This document shows, one piece after another, positions 24,636 to 34,009 of a stretch of DNA of 64,000 bases; position 1 is the stretch's first letter, and the number at the start of each line of letters is the position of its first letter. Origin of the DNA: Clostridia bacterium (GTDB lineage Bacteria > Bacillota > Clostridia > Christensenellales > UBA1242). The notes under the pieces were generated by a model. The model saw only the letters and a list, made by a program, of their open reading frames with translations, was not told the DNA's origin and did not search any database. The stretch is taken from contig JAFSVR010000005.1 of NCBI GenBank assembly GCA_017444895.1, forward strand, positions 1,546 through 65,545, read 5' to 3'. The translations under genes were made by a program, and so were the position numbers.

Positions 24636-24682
24636 AACCTCAAATTTTAGATTTGCATAATATACAACCGAGAGGGACAAGA

Positions 24683-25849
24683 GTGGTTGTTTTGAAGTTT
24701 GGTGGAAGCAGCTTGGCAAGTGTTAGCGCAATAAAAAGTGTTGCCGGGGTTGTTTCAAAATATAGAAAAAAACATAAAAAAGTTGTTGTGGTTGTCAGCG
24801 CAATGGGCAAAACAACAGATTTGCTTATTGGGCAAATTGAGGAACTCGGGGCTGAAAAGTTTGATGATTTGACTGATGGTCTTCTTAATTTAGGAGAATT
24901 GAAAAGCTCATACATGCTTGCCATTGCGCTTAAAAAGCTTGGCGAAAGGGCTGAGGTTTATAACGGCGACAAAGCCAAGATTTTTGTGAGCGGTGGATAC
25001 GGAAATGGATTTATTTCTGGAATAGACGAAACAGCAATAAAAACAGGTCTCGCTGAATTTGATATAATTGTTGTTGCTGGCTTTTGCGGAGTTAATAATA
25101 ACAAAAAAATAGTTACACTTGGGCGGGGTGGCTCTGACACAACGGCGGTAGCATTGGCTTCGGTGTTTAGGGCAAAGTGCTATATTTTCACGGACGTTTG
25201 CAATGTTTGCAGTATTGACCCAAAACTGTTTAATAATGCAAAAAAATACAAAGAGATTGATTATGATAATATGCTTGAACTAGGCGCTTTTGGAGCCAAA
25301 GTTCTAGATGTTAGATGCCTAGAAATTGCAAAAAAGTTTAATACTGAAGTAAAATTAAAAAAGTCCAATGACGAACTTGGCGAAACAAAAATTGTAAGTT
25401 CAAATTTAGAAAGTTTGCAAATTGCAGGAATAGCTATCATAGAAGATTTAACATTGCTTAGAATTGAAATCAAAAATGAGGATAAGCAAACCATTTTGAA
25501 GTTGCTAATTAACAGTTTGCAAAAATTATGGTTCTTCCAGTTCGAAAATTATGGTACAAATACTTATGTAAAATTTGCAATCAACACTAGTAAAAAGCAA
25601 AAAATTTGCGAAATTTTAGAAAAAATTACAATTTCAATATGTGATTTTGACGATTTATCTATGCTGTCCCTGGTAGGCTTAGGGTTCGTTACACACACTG
25701 ATGACGTTTTGAAAATATTGAGCAAAACTAGCGATTGGGGAATAGAAATTTTGAATTTGCAACAATGTGAAAGAGTTCTCAATGTTTTAGTTCATAAAAG
25801 CCGGTGCCAAGAATTAGCAGAAAATCTTAAAAATGAATTTAATTTGTGA
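24683..25849 (+). CDS. lysC: Aspartate kinase
   Basis: VVLKFGGSSL and VVVVSAMGKTTD motifs, with C-terminal ACT-like repeats. GTG 24683 with GAGGGAC upstream gives the canonical N-terminus. Confidence 0.9.
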   Translation: MVVLKFGGSSLASVSAIKSVAGVVSKYRKKHKKVVVVVSAMGKTTDLLIGQIEELGAEKFDDLTDGLLNLGELKSSYMLAIALKKLGERAEVYNGDKAKIFVSGGYGNGFISGIDETAIKTGLAEFDIIVVAGFCGVNNNKKIVTLGRGGSDTTAVALASVFRAKCYIFTDVCNVCSIDPKLFNNAKKYKEIDYDNMLELGAFGAKVLDVRCLEIAKKFNTEVKLKKSNDELGETKIVSSNLESLQIAGIAIIEDLTLLRIEIKNEDKQTILKLLINSLQKLWFFQFENYGTNTYVKFAINTSKKQKICEILEKITISICDFDDLSMLSLVGLGFVTHTDDVLKILSKTSDWGIEILNLQQCERVLNVLVHKSRCQELAENLKNEFNL

Positions 25850-25857
25850 GGTGTTAT

Positions 25858-26724
25858 ATGAGTTTTAGAGGTGTTTATACTGCCCTGGTAACCCCATTTA
25901 ATGATGGGTGTGAAATTGATTATAATTCGTTAGAAAATATCGTTGAAAAACAAATTATGGCTGGCGTTAGCGGTGTTGTTGTTTGCTCAACAACCGGCGA
26001 GGGAATGCTCTTAACACAAAATGAGAAAATAAAAACTGCAAAATTTGTGCAAAAAATTATTAAAAACCGTGCAAAATTAATAATTTCCATGTGCGAGGAT
26101 AATATATTAACACTTTTTGATGATTTAAGGAAATTTGAAAAACTTTCCCCAGATGCTTATTTATTGAGCCTTCCATATTATGTTAAACCTAATTTTAAGG
26201 GGCTTGTGGAGTTTGTTAAAGCGTTTGCAAGCAAAACAAAAACGCCGGTTGTTCTATACTATGCTCCACACCGGTCAAGCCAAGTTTTAACAATTGAGCA
26301 ACTGAAAACGCTTTGCACTTGTTCAAGCAATATAGTTGGCATTAAAGATGCATCTGGTGATTTGATGGTTACGGCATCTTTATGTGGTGTTAAACCAAAC
26401 TTTAGTGTGCTTTGCGGAAATGATGATTTGGTTATTCCTTCAATAAAACTTGGAGCAGTTGGGATTGTTAGCGTTGCGTCAAATGCGTTGCCAAAAAAAT
26501 TTGTTGACATATTCAAAACAAAAGAGCTATATGCTGCAATCTATGATGAGATTAGTGTTTTTGTTGAGTCTCTCAAATGTGATATCAATCCTGTTCCAAT
26601 TAAGTTTGCCATGAATTGCTTTGGCTGTTGCACGAGCAGGGTGAGGCTTCCGCTTTATGAACTTGATAGCAACAAAAAAACAATCATCAGAGAAGCTGTT
26701 TCAAAACTTTCAAAGACAAAATAA
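25858..26724 (+). CDS. dapA: 4-hydroxy-tetrahydrodipicolinate synthase
   Basis: GVYTALVTPF, STTGEG and the Schiff-base Lys context IVGIKDASGD. Confidence 0.9.
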   Translation: MSFRGVYTALVTPFNDGCEIDYNSLENIVEKQIMAGVSGVVVCSTTGEGMLLTQNEKIKTAKFVQKIIKNRAKLIISMCEDNILTLFDDLRKFEKLSPDAYLLSLPYYVKPNFKGLVEFVKAFASKTKTPVVLYYAPHRSSQVLTIEQLKTLCTCSSNIVGIKDASGDLMVTASLCGVKPNFSVLCGNDDLVIPSIKLGAVGIVSVASNALPKKFVDIFKTKELYAAIYDEISVFVESLKCDINPVPIKFAMNCFGCCTSRVRLPLYELDSNKKTIIREAVSKLSKTK

Positions 26725-26746
26725 AAACGGCGGATGCCGTTTTTTA
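26723..26746. terminator. Bidirectional terminator
   Basis: AAAACGGC-GGAT-GCCGTTTT followed by a T-run, between convergent genes. Confidence 0.75.
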
Positions 26747-27664
26747 TTTATTAATTAGTCTGAGGTCTGTGCCTTTAATAAAATGCTTAAAAGTTGTTTG
26801 TTTGCTTGAAAGACGGCTGAAAATTCTTTCGCCGTAGTGGTTTAATATGCCTTCTAAATCTAAGTTTGTGGTTATGATTGTTAGTTTGTCATTTTTCTCA
26901 CGTTCACTCAGAATCAAGTATAAATATTCAATCGTTATGTTCTTTTTGAGGGGCTCAGTGCCTAAGTCGTCAATAAGGAGACAATCGCAATCTAATAGGG
27001 ATGATAGATAGGTGTTGCGAGTTTCGTCAAATGTTGTGTGGTATTTTGTAAATAGTTCGTTCATTGCAAATCCGGAAACATTAAGCACTGTTTTGTTAAG
27101 TTCTTGGAAACTGCCAAGAGTGCTTTCTGCGAGGGTGGTTTTGCCAACGCCGGTGTTTCCGCAAAGCAAAACTGTTTTATATTGAGTTTTTCCGTTTGCC
27201 CATTTTTCTAGAAGGTCAACAATTTTGGTGAGGCTCTCACATTGCTCTGCATTTTTGGTGATTTTAAGTTTGCTCAGTGGGGTGTATTCTTTTGTTTTTT
27301 CTGTTGATGAAAGAATTTTATATAGCCTGTCATTATAGCATTTGCAATAGCCGTTTTGTGTTATGCCTGTGTCTTTGCAAATTTCACAATCAAACTTTGG
27401 CAAAAGGTCTTCAGGTTTGAGCCCAATTGATTTAAGGGCTTTTTCTTTTTTGCTTTTGATTTGGTCAAGAGATTTTTCTAATTGATCGCATGGTCTATCT
27501 TCGCTTAATTCTTTTCCAATTTTAATAACAAGGGCTCGTTCTTGTTTATCAAGTTCCCTAAACTGGGGAAGGGAAAGAGCCTTAAACTTGTTGTCGCTTG
27601 CTACTTGAAGGTTGTGTGCACGAATTTTTTCAAGTTCTTCTTTAACAATTGTTTTTGCGTCCAT
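26744..27664 (-). CDS. dnaI: Helicase loader, DnaI/DnaC-like AAA+ ATPase
   Basis: Walker A GNTGVGKTTLA and Walker B LLIDDLG. The N-terminal Cys cluster is CEICKDTG..CKC. It lies downstream of a DnaD-domain gene, as in the Bacillus dnaB-dnaI arrangement. Confidence 0.8.
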   Translation of the reverse strand: MDAKTIVKEELEKIRAHNLQVASDNKFKALSLPQFRELDKQERALVIKIGKELSEDRPCDQLEKSLDQIKSKKEKALKSIGLKPEDLLPKFDCEICKDTGITQNGYCKCYNDRLYKILSSTEKTKEYTPLSKLKITKNAEQCESLTKIVDLLEKWANGKTQYKTVLLCGNTGVGKTTLAESTLGSFQELNKTVLNVSGFAMNELFTKYHTTFDETRNTYLSSLLDCDCLLIDDLGTEPLKKNITIEYLYLILSEREKNDKLTIITTNLDLEGILNHYGERIFSRLSSKQTTFKHFIKGTDLRLINK

Positions 27665-27676
27665 CTTTCGCCTCCA

Positions 27677-29128
27677 CTAAATTTCAACATCATCAAGAGA
27701 ATCAAAAAGGGCAGAAAGGTCTTGTTTGGTGTAATCTCTTTGAGGAATTTGTGCGGTTTGGGTTGGCTTATTATTAGTTTTTTGTTCTTTTTGGGCAAGG
27801 TTTTTTGATATTTCTTCGTCGGTTTTTATTCCCTTAGAATTCATATCACTTAAGATGCGGTTGATATATGAAAGAGGATATTCTTTTGTTTTTGCCTCAT
27901 TAGCAATAAGCATGATCGCGGATTTTTTGTATCCCCAAACCTCTGTCCAGGTTTTATATAGTTCGCGGTCATAAGAATTAACATTTCTTACAAGCCCCAG
28001 GGTTTCAAGAATTTCTTTTATGCTTGCGTTTTCAGCAATAATTGAACCAATATATTGGCTGATTGCAGTTTCGGTTATTAGCCCAAGTTTGAAGAATTTA
28101 TTTATTGTGTCGTCAACAAGGTCAAGAGTTTTGTAGTTCATTGTGAAACAGTATTTGCTGATTTGGCTGAGCATTTCAGCAGAGAAGCCCTTTTGAACCC
28201 AGTTTGAAACATAGTTTTCAACAACGCTGTCAAGAACTTGATAATATTGGCCGATGTTGCGGGTAACATCTTTTGCAATTGCAAACATATTATCCCTAAG
28301 GGCCCCATAGTTTTCAATTTCTTTTATTGTGAAGAGTTTGAGTTCATAGTATTTTGTTAGGGTTTCATCAAGTTTGTGCATTCCACCGCCGTGCGATTGT
28401 TTTTTTGCAACGTGCAAAATAACGCCGTGGGTGAAGCCATAGCCGTTAGTCCATTTAAGATAAAGGTTGCGCTCGTCAATATCGGCCGAACGCTTTATAG
28501 ATAGGGTGGTCAGGATGCTTTTCAGTTCATCGCTTGCCTTTTCTTGTTCAAGCAGTTTTGCTTCAAGAGCTGTTGCAGTTTTGATATTTTCAACTTCAAA
28601 ACTACGGGCAACTGCGAGAATATATGGGTAGTTTACGCCATCGCCTTTAAGACATGTGCAGTATTTTATTATCATTAATACGGCTTCAGGCTCAAAGTGG
28701 TAGGTCTCAATAAGGGTGTAGTATTCGTTATACTCGTTTGGGCTTATAAGCCTTGCTGGCAAAAGCTCTTGAGCGCGCTTGTTGAAGTCTTCATACTTGT
28801 CTTTTATCCTCAGTTTGCTTGAGCCGGAAAATTGTTTAACAGGCAAAAATTTAACTTCAAGGGGGTTGGTTGAAACGATTTGAACAAGCCCCAATGATTG
28901 CCAATAGTTGAAGTTTGAAATAAGTTCATCTTCCTTAATGTTAAGAGAAGCGCACATCGTTTGAATTGAGTTGTCATCAGTGTCGCCAACAGAGCAAAGA
29001 TAGCGCCCCATAAGATATACTTTGAGGGCTATTTCGGGAGCAGAAGGCAAAAACTCAGTGAAAAACACGTTGTCTAGTTGCGTGTAGCCATTTGAAACTA
29101 GAGAACTAGAGAAAGAACACAGCGCCAT
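27677..29128 (-). CDS. DnaD-domain replication initiation / membrane attachment protein (DnaB-like of Bacillota)
   Basis: The size, position upstream of dnaI and repeated DnaD-like helical segments (..YLKWTNGYGF.., ..YKTWTEVWGY..) support the call. SD is AAAGGAGG. Confidence 0.7.
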   Translation of the reverse strand: MALCSFSSSLVSNGYTQLDNVFFTEFLPSAPEIALKVYLMGRYLCSVGDTDDNSIQTMCASLNIKEDELISNFNYWQSLGLVQIVSTNPLEVKFLPVKQFSGSSKLRIKDKYEDFNKRAQELLPARLISPNEYNEYYTLIETYHFEPEAVLMIIKYCTCLKGDGVNYPYILAVARSFEVENIKTATALEAKLLEQEKASDELKSILTTLSIKRSADIDERNLYLKWTNGYGFTHGVILHVAKKQSHGGGMHKLDETLTKYYELKLFTIKEIENYGALRDNMFAIAKDVTRNIGQYYQVLDSVVENYVSNWVQKGFSAEMLSQISKYCFTMNYKTLDLVDDTINKFFKLGLITETAISQYIGSIIAENASIKEILETLGLVRNVNSYDRELYKTWTEVWGYKKSAIMLIANEAKTKEYPLSYINRILSDMNSKGIKTDEEISKNLAQKEQKTNNKPTQTAQIPQRDYTKQDLSALFDSLDDVEI

Positions 29129-29284
29129 TTTTGCCTCCTTTGTTTGATTTATTATTTTTAGTTGGTTATAATGAAACCGATATAAAAACTAGAATTAGTT
29201 ACTCGGTTATGTTAAACTTATTATAACACAAATATATCACGAAACGATAAAAAGTTCAATGTTTTTTAGGAGTAAAATTCATTT

Positions 29285-30463
29285 ATGAGAATTATACATA
29301 CTGCCGACTGGCATCTGGGCGCAAAAATTGAGGGGCAAGATCGTTTGGTTGAGCAAGAAAAGATTATGGGCGAGCTTTGCCAAATATGTGACGAACAAGA
29401 TGCCAATATTGTTATTGTTGCTGGAGATGTTTTTCACAGCCGTCAACCATCAAGCGAAGCGGAAGATTTATTTTTTAGGACGATTGAGAGGCTTTCCTCT
29501 AGGGGCGACAGATTGGTGTTTATAATTTCTGGAAACCATGATGATGCTAAACGTTTAGGGGCGTCAAAACCTCTTGCAGAGAAGCATAATATTATTCTTG
29601 CAACATCTCTTGATGGGGTTGACATTTTGTTTACTAAGAAAGATGCTCGAAACCGTGTTATTGATGCTGGGAAAGGCTATATTAAGGTTAAGTGCGCGGA
29701 TGAAGAATGTGTTATTGCGTTTTTGCCATATATCAGCCAAGCAAAATGCAAACAGATGGCGGGGGATGCAAATTTTGAATATGGAGAGGCGGTTAGCAAA
29801 CTTGCAATAGAGGGGTGCTCACACTTTTCGGCAGATGCTTTGAACATTTTTGTCAGCCATTTATTTGTTGTTGGGGCAAGCCTTGGAGAAAGGGGCGAGG
29901 TTAGAGTTGGTGATGCGTGCGCTGTTGAACAAAAGTATCTTCCACAAAACGCGCATTACATCGCTCTTGGGCACTTGCATCGCGCACAGAGAATAGGTGA
30001 GAATATTTTTTATCCAGGGGCAACTATCGAACTTAGAGTTAGGGATAATCCACCATCAGTATTTTCAATTGTTGGTGATAAAGAGGGCGTAAAAACTGTA
30101 AAAACAATTCCGCTGAAAAGCGCAAACAGGATAAGAGCAATTAGAGTTAATGGTGTGGCAAATGCTTATAGGGAATTAAGCCTGTCTTCACAAAAAGAGC
30201 TTATTATGCTCACGATTGCTTCTGGGGAGCCCCTTAAAGCGAGCGACATCAAGGAGTTAAGGCGCCTTTTTCCAAACCTTATTTCAATTGACCTTGACCT
30301 TAAACCTGTAAGCAAAATGGGGGGAGCCAATAAGAGCAGAAAGGAAATGGATGATGCTGAATTGTTTGTTGAGTTTTATAAATCGCAAACAGGGGAAATA
30401 CCACCACAAGGCCTTGTGAATATGTTTTTAGAGTGTAGGAGTAATATTGATGCAACCGATTAA
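29285..30463 (+). CDS. sbcD: Exonuclease SbcD (Mre11-type nuclease)
   Basis: Calcineurin-like phosphoesterase motifs: IIHTADWHLG, VAGDVFH, GNHD and GHLH. Confidence 0.9.
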   Translation: MRIIHTADWHLGAKIEGQDRLVEQEKIMGELCQICDEQDANIVIVAGDVFHSRQPSSEAEDLFFRTIERLSSRGDRLVFIISGNHDDAKRLGASKPLAEKHNIILATSLDGVDILFTKKDARNRVIDAGKGYIKVKCADEECVIAFLPYISQAKCKQMAGDANFEYGEAVSKLAIEGCSHFSADALNIFVSHLFVVGASLGERGEVRVGDACAVEQKYLPQNAHYIALGHLHRAQRIGENIFYPGATIELRVRDNPPSVFSIVGDKEGVKTVKTIPLKSANRIRAIRVNGVANAYRELSLSSQKELIMLTIASGEPLKASDIKELRRLFPNLISIDLDLKPVSKMGGANKSRKEMDDAELFVEFYKSQTGEIPPQGLVNMFLECRSNIDATD

Positions 30464-33400
30464 GTTAACACTTTGTTCAATCAATAGTTTCAAAAAGGAA
30501 CAAACCATAGATTTTGAACAGATATCTAATGGTTTTTTTGGCATTTTTGGCGCAACAGGAAGTGGGAAAAGCACCATACTAGACGCTATTATGCTTGCAC
30601 TATATGGCAGAATAAACCGGGCAAAACTAGCCTATGATTTTATATCTATTGGCAGTTCATCAGCATATGTTAAATTTGTTTTTAGGTGTGAAGACACGGC
30701 AGGGCAGTCAACCTTTTTGGTTGAAAGGGATTTTAGGAAAAAGAAAGAGGGGAAGTTGGTTGATTCCCAGGCTGTTATTTACCAACAAGTTGGAACTAGT
30801 TTTGATGTTCGGGCTGAGGGAACAAACAATGTTGATGCTTTCGTTAAAAAATTGCTAGGAATGGGTAGCGATGAATTCTCTAAGTGTATAGCGCTTCCAC
30901 AGGGGCAGTTTGCTGATTTTCTTAAAGCAACTCCGAGTGAAAAAACGGGGCTAATCAGCAATATTTTTAACCTTGTTTCATATGGTGCACCTCTGCAGAA
31001 AAGTGTCAGCGATAAGGAGCAAGGCTTAAAAGTTGAGCTTGCGGAAATTAATGGAAAGCTCGCTCAGTTGGAAGATGTTGATGTTAGATTTGTTGAAGAG
31101 AAGAAGGAAAAGCTTGTAGAAGTTCAAAAAATGGTGCAGGCGCTGATGGAGAGGTTCAAAACAAAAAATGACCAGTTAACAGAGTTTAAGCAAGTGCTTT
31201 ATAAGGTTGAACAAAAGAATAAGGCGCTTAATAGAAAGTTGGCCCTTAATCAGCAAGAAGAGGACTATAAAAATCTTAGGCATAGGGTGGAAATGGCCAA
31301 ACATTTCCAACCATATTTTTCAAAGGCCCTTGAGAAAGAAGAAAAAGCACTTGCTCTTAAGGATATGCAAAACAAATTTGGGCAATGCAAGACCGAGCTC
31401 TTTAATGCTTCCCATGAATATGATGTGATCAAATCAGAAAGTGATAGTTTTGGGGCCGGGTTTGAATCAAGTTATGCAACAGCATTGGCAAAAATTCAGG
31501 CTCTTGAATCGTTAAAGATTAAGCAGGCACAATTACAAAAGTATGCTGAAAATAAAATGGAAATTGAGTCTAAGCATAAGGATATATCTACGCAAATTGC
31601 AGAAGAGAAGAACAAAATTGAAAGTTTGACCTTAGAATCTGAATTTGTTGAAAACGAACTAAGCAAACTAGGAGAACAATCCAAGGAATACGAAATTGAA
31701 ACCAATGTTATGCTTCAAATAAAGAAGGCAGCTGAACTAAAAGCACAACTTGAAATTGCTGAAAAGATAGTTCTTAGAGTTGACGAGCTTAGAAAGAACC
31801 TGCTTGTTAAAGTTGACAATTGCAAGGCGAAAATTGAGAGTGTGGATGAACAAATTGCAGAAAATATGCAGAATAGTAATGCTCAACTAGAAAAAATTAA
31901 ACAAAAACTGCAAATTTATAGCATAAATGTTGAAAATGAATTAAAAAATTGCAAGTCTGAAGAGGCAAAGCTGGAAATTGCTGGAAAAGTTGTTGGCGCA
32001 ATTGAAGATATCTTGAAGAAATATAAAGCTGAAATTGTGACTCTCAACTCTGAACTTTTGAAACTTAAAGATGAAAGGCAAACAATTAAAGAAAATGTTG
32101 ATGCTGCAGAAGTTGCTGTTTCAAGCGCAAATAGAAAGCAAGATAAATTGTTTGACCAGTTTAAGGCGGGTTCAAATGGAAAGGGTGATTTACAGGAAAT
32201 TCTATTTGGCGCATATGAAAGCGCAATAGATGAATATAAGCATGCAGAACAATTGCGCTTTGAATTAAACACGCGAAGTGTTGAATTTGATGGAGCTGCC
32301 AAAAAAATTGAAGCTCAAATTGCAGAACATGAAAAAATTGTTGAATATTTTGAAAAGCAAAAACAGTCTTTAATTAGCATGTTTGTTAGTCCTTATGGAA
32401 ACACAAAACTTGATGAAACAGTTAAGGCAAACAGTGAAAAATTGCAAATTTTGCAGGAGTTTTTGCAAAACACAAAAGTTTTTGAAGAAAAAGCACGGGC
32501 GCTTGCGGTTAAGAAAGCAAGCGCTGAAAGTGAAGCTGTTGCTTTTGAAAATCAACTTGAAATGGTTGAGAATTTGATTTCCCAAATATTTGAAATCAAG
32601 AGTGAAAGAAAGCAAATCATTGACTCCATTGAAAAACGTTTTGGCGGGAAAAGTGTTGATGATTTGATGGTGGAAATTGACAACGCAAACAATGCCATGA
32701 CATCTTTGAATGAAAAGAAGCAAAACTTGCTTGATAGGCAATCGCAGATAAAACTTAATAGGCAAGTTGCAGAAATGAAAGTTAACGATTTGTTGCTTCA
32801 ACAAGAAATAATACAAACTCGCATTAAAGAAATTGATGATCAAGTTGCAAAGATTGAATTTGAATTTAGATCGCTTGGTGTTGGAACTGAAAACCTTCAA
32901 GGAGCAATTGATGCTGAAACAAGAAAGCTTCGTGACTTGCAAGAAAGGAAACAAGAATTGTCTGCCCAACTTGAAAAACTATATCAACAAAAAGTTAATT
33001 TTGAAGGCGAAACTAAAATGCTCTCGGCAAAACTTAATGAGAAGTTTGATGAAATTGAGTTTATAGAATCTGAGTTGAAGCAACTTCAAAAAGAATCAAA
33101 CATTATTGAAGGCGAAGAGATTGAAGAATATAACATTCCGTCTGCGCAGATTGAAGCTTTTGAAAATAAAATTTTGGAATATGACAATGAAGTTAGATTC
33201 ATTGATGGCGAACTAGCATCATTAAAAGATGTTTCTGATAGTTTGGTGAGCAAGGAAGATGGGCAAGAACTTGAAAAGGAAGTTGGAGCTTTGCAGGAGC
33301 AGATAATGCAACTTCAAAGTGAGAGCGGAAAACTTCAAAGTGATGTTGAAAGAATAGAAAAAAGCGTCGCAATCAAGGCGGAACTTTCAGATAAAAAAGT

Positions 33401-33920
33401 TGCAATCACTGCGAATCTGGATTATGCAACAATGCTTTCAAAATTGCTTAGGGGAAAGGCGCTTGCTCAGTTTATTTGTGATGAATATCTTGAAGAAATC
33501 ACCTTGCGTGCAAATGAAATGCTGGCACTTTTAGAAGGCGGGAAATTCACGCTTAAATATGAAAATGGTGATTTTGTTGTTGAAGACAACCTCAATGGTG
33601 GGGAAGTTCGCTCTGCTTGCACATTGTCTGGCGGGGAAACTTTTTTGATTAGTTTGAGTTTGGCTCTTTCAATCAGTGAAACTATTGGTTCTAAGAATGG
33701 CAATTATATGAACTTTTTCTTCCTTGATGAAGGTTTTGGAACGCTAGACAGCGAGTTGTGTGACGTTGTTATATCAGCATTATATAAACTTGAAAACCAC
33801 AACCTTGTTATTGGTGTTATCAGCCATATTGAAATGCTTAAAGACAGAATCAAAAACAAGATTTTGGTTTCAAAAACCGAAAAAGACGGAAGTGTTGCAA
33901 CAATAGAACAAACGATATAA
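30450..33920 (+). CDS. sbcC: Exonuclease SbcC (Rad50-type SMC ATPase)
   Basis: Walker A GATGSGKST, a long coiled coil, signature LSGGE and Walker B FFFLDEGFG. No CxxC is present anywhere in the coiled coil. Confidence 0.9.
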   Translation: MQPIKLTLCSINSFKKEQTIDFEQISNGFFGIFGATGSGKSTILDAIMLALYGRINRAKLAYDFISIGSSSAYVKFVFRCEDTAGQSTFLVERDFRKKKEGKLVDSQAVIYQQVGTSFDVRAEGTNNVDAFVKKLLGMGSDEFSKCIALPQGQFADFLKATPSEKTGLISNIFNLVSYGAPLQKSVSDKEQGLKVELAEINGKLAQLEDVDVRFVEEKKEKLVEVQKMVQALMERFKTKNDQLTEFKQVLYKVEQKNKALNRKLALNQQEEDYKNLRHRVEMAKHFQPYFSKALEKEEKALALKDMQNKFGQCKTELFNASHEYDVIKSESDSFGAGFESSYATALAKIQALESLKIKQAQLQKYAENKMEIESKHKDISTQIAEEKNKIESLTLESEFVENELSKLGEQSKEYEIETNVMLQIKKAAELKAQLEIAEKIVLRVDELRKNLLVKVDNCKAKIESVDEQIAENMQNSNAQLEKIKQKLQIYSINVENELKNCKSEEAKLEIAGKVVGAIEDILKKYKAEIVTLNSELLKLKDERQTIKENVDAAEVAVSSANRKQDKLFDQFKAGSNGKGDLQEILFGAYESAIDEYKHAEQLRFELNTRSVEFDGAAKKIEAQIAEHEKIVEYFEKQKQSLISMFVSPYGNTKLDETVKANSEKLQILQEFLQNTKVFEEKARALAVKKASAESEAVAFENQLEMVENLISQIFEIKSERKQIIDSIEKRFGGKSVDDLMVEIDNANNAMTSLNEKKQNLLDRQSQIKLNRQVAEMKVNDLLLQQEIIQTRIKEIDDQVAKIEFEFRSLGVGTENLQGAIDAETRKLRDLQERKQELSAQLEKLYQQKVNFEGETKMLSAKLNEKFDEIEFIESELKQLQKESNIIEGEEIEEYNIPSAQIEAFENKILEYDNEVRFIDGELASLKDVSDSLVSKEDGQELEKEVGALQEQIMQLQSESGKLQSDVERIEKSVAIKAELSDKKVAITANLDYATMLSKLLRGKALAQFICDEYLEEITLRANEMLALLEGGKFTLKYENGDFVVEDNLNGGEVRSACTLSGGETFLISLSLALSISETIGSKNGNYMNFFFLDEGFGTLDSELCDVVISALYKLENHNLVIGVISHIEMLKDRIKNKILVSKTEKDGSVATIEQTI

Positions 33921-33933
33921 GGTCTAAAGAAAT

Positions 33934-33957
33934 AAACTGGCAAACGCCAGTTTTTTT
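33934..33957 (+). terminator. Terminator after sbcDC
   Basis: AAACTGGC-AAAC-GCCAGTTT followed by a T-run. Confidence 0.8.
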
Positions 33958-34009
33958 ATAGATTGCATTTTGAAACATAAACAAGCATAAGCATTATTGA
34001 GGTGCAAAA

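Noticed and set aside
24591-24682. Looked for a lysine (L-box) riboswitch upstream of lysC, as in many Bacillota.
   Set aside because: The whole intergenic region is about 90 nt and is mostly taken up by the upstream terminator. That is too short for the ~180-nt L-box, and none of its conserved helices are visible.
32370-32969. Long antisense ORFs inside well-supported genes. Examples are 32370-32969 opposite sbcC, 36861-37361 opposite the CPBP gene, 45834-46319, 3412-3912, 20979-21449 and 9940-10317.
   Set aside because: Their products are low-complexity with biased composition. They have no SD or promoter and are fully embedded in genes with strong motif support. Such shadow ORFs are expected in AT-rich, Lys/Glu-rich coding DNA.
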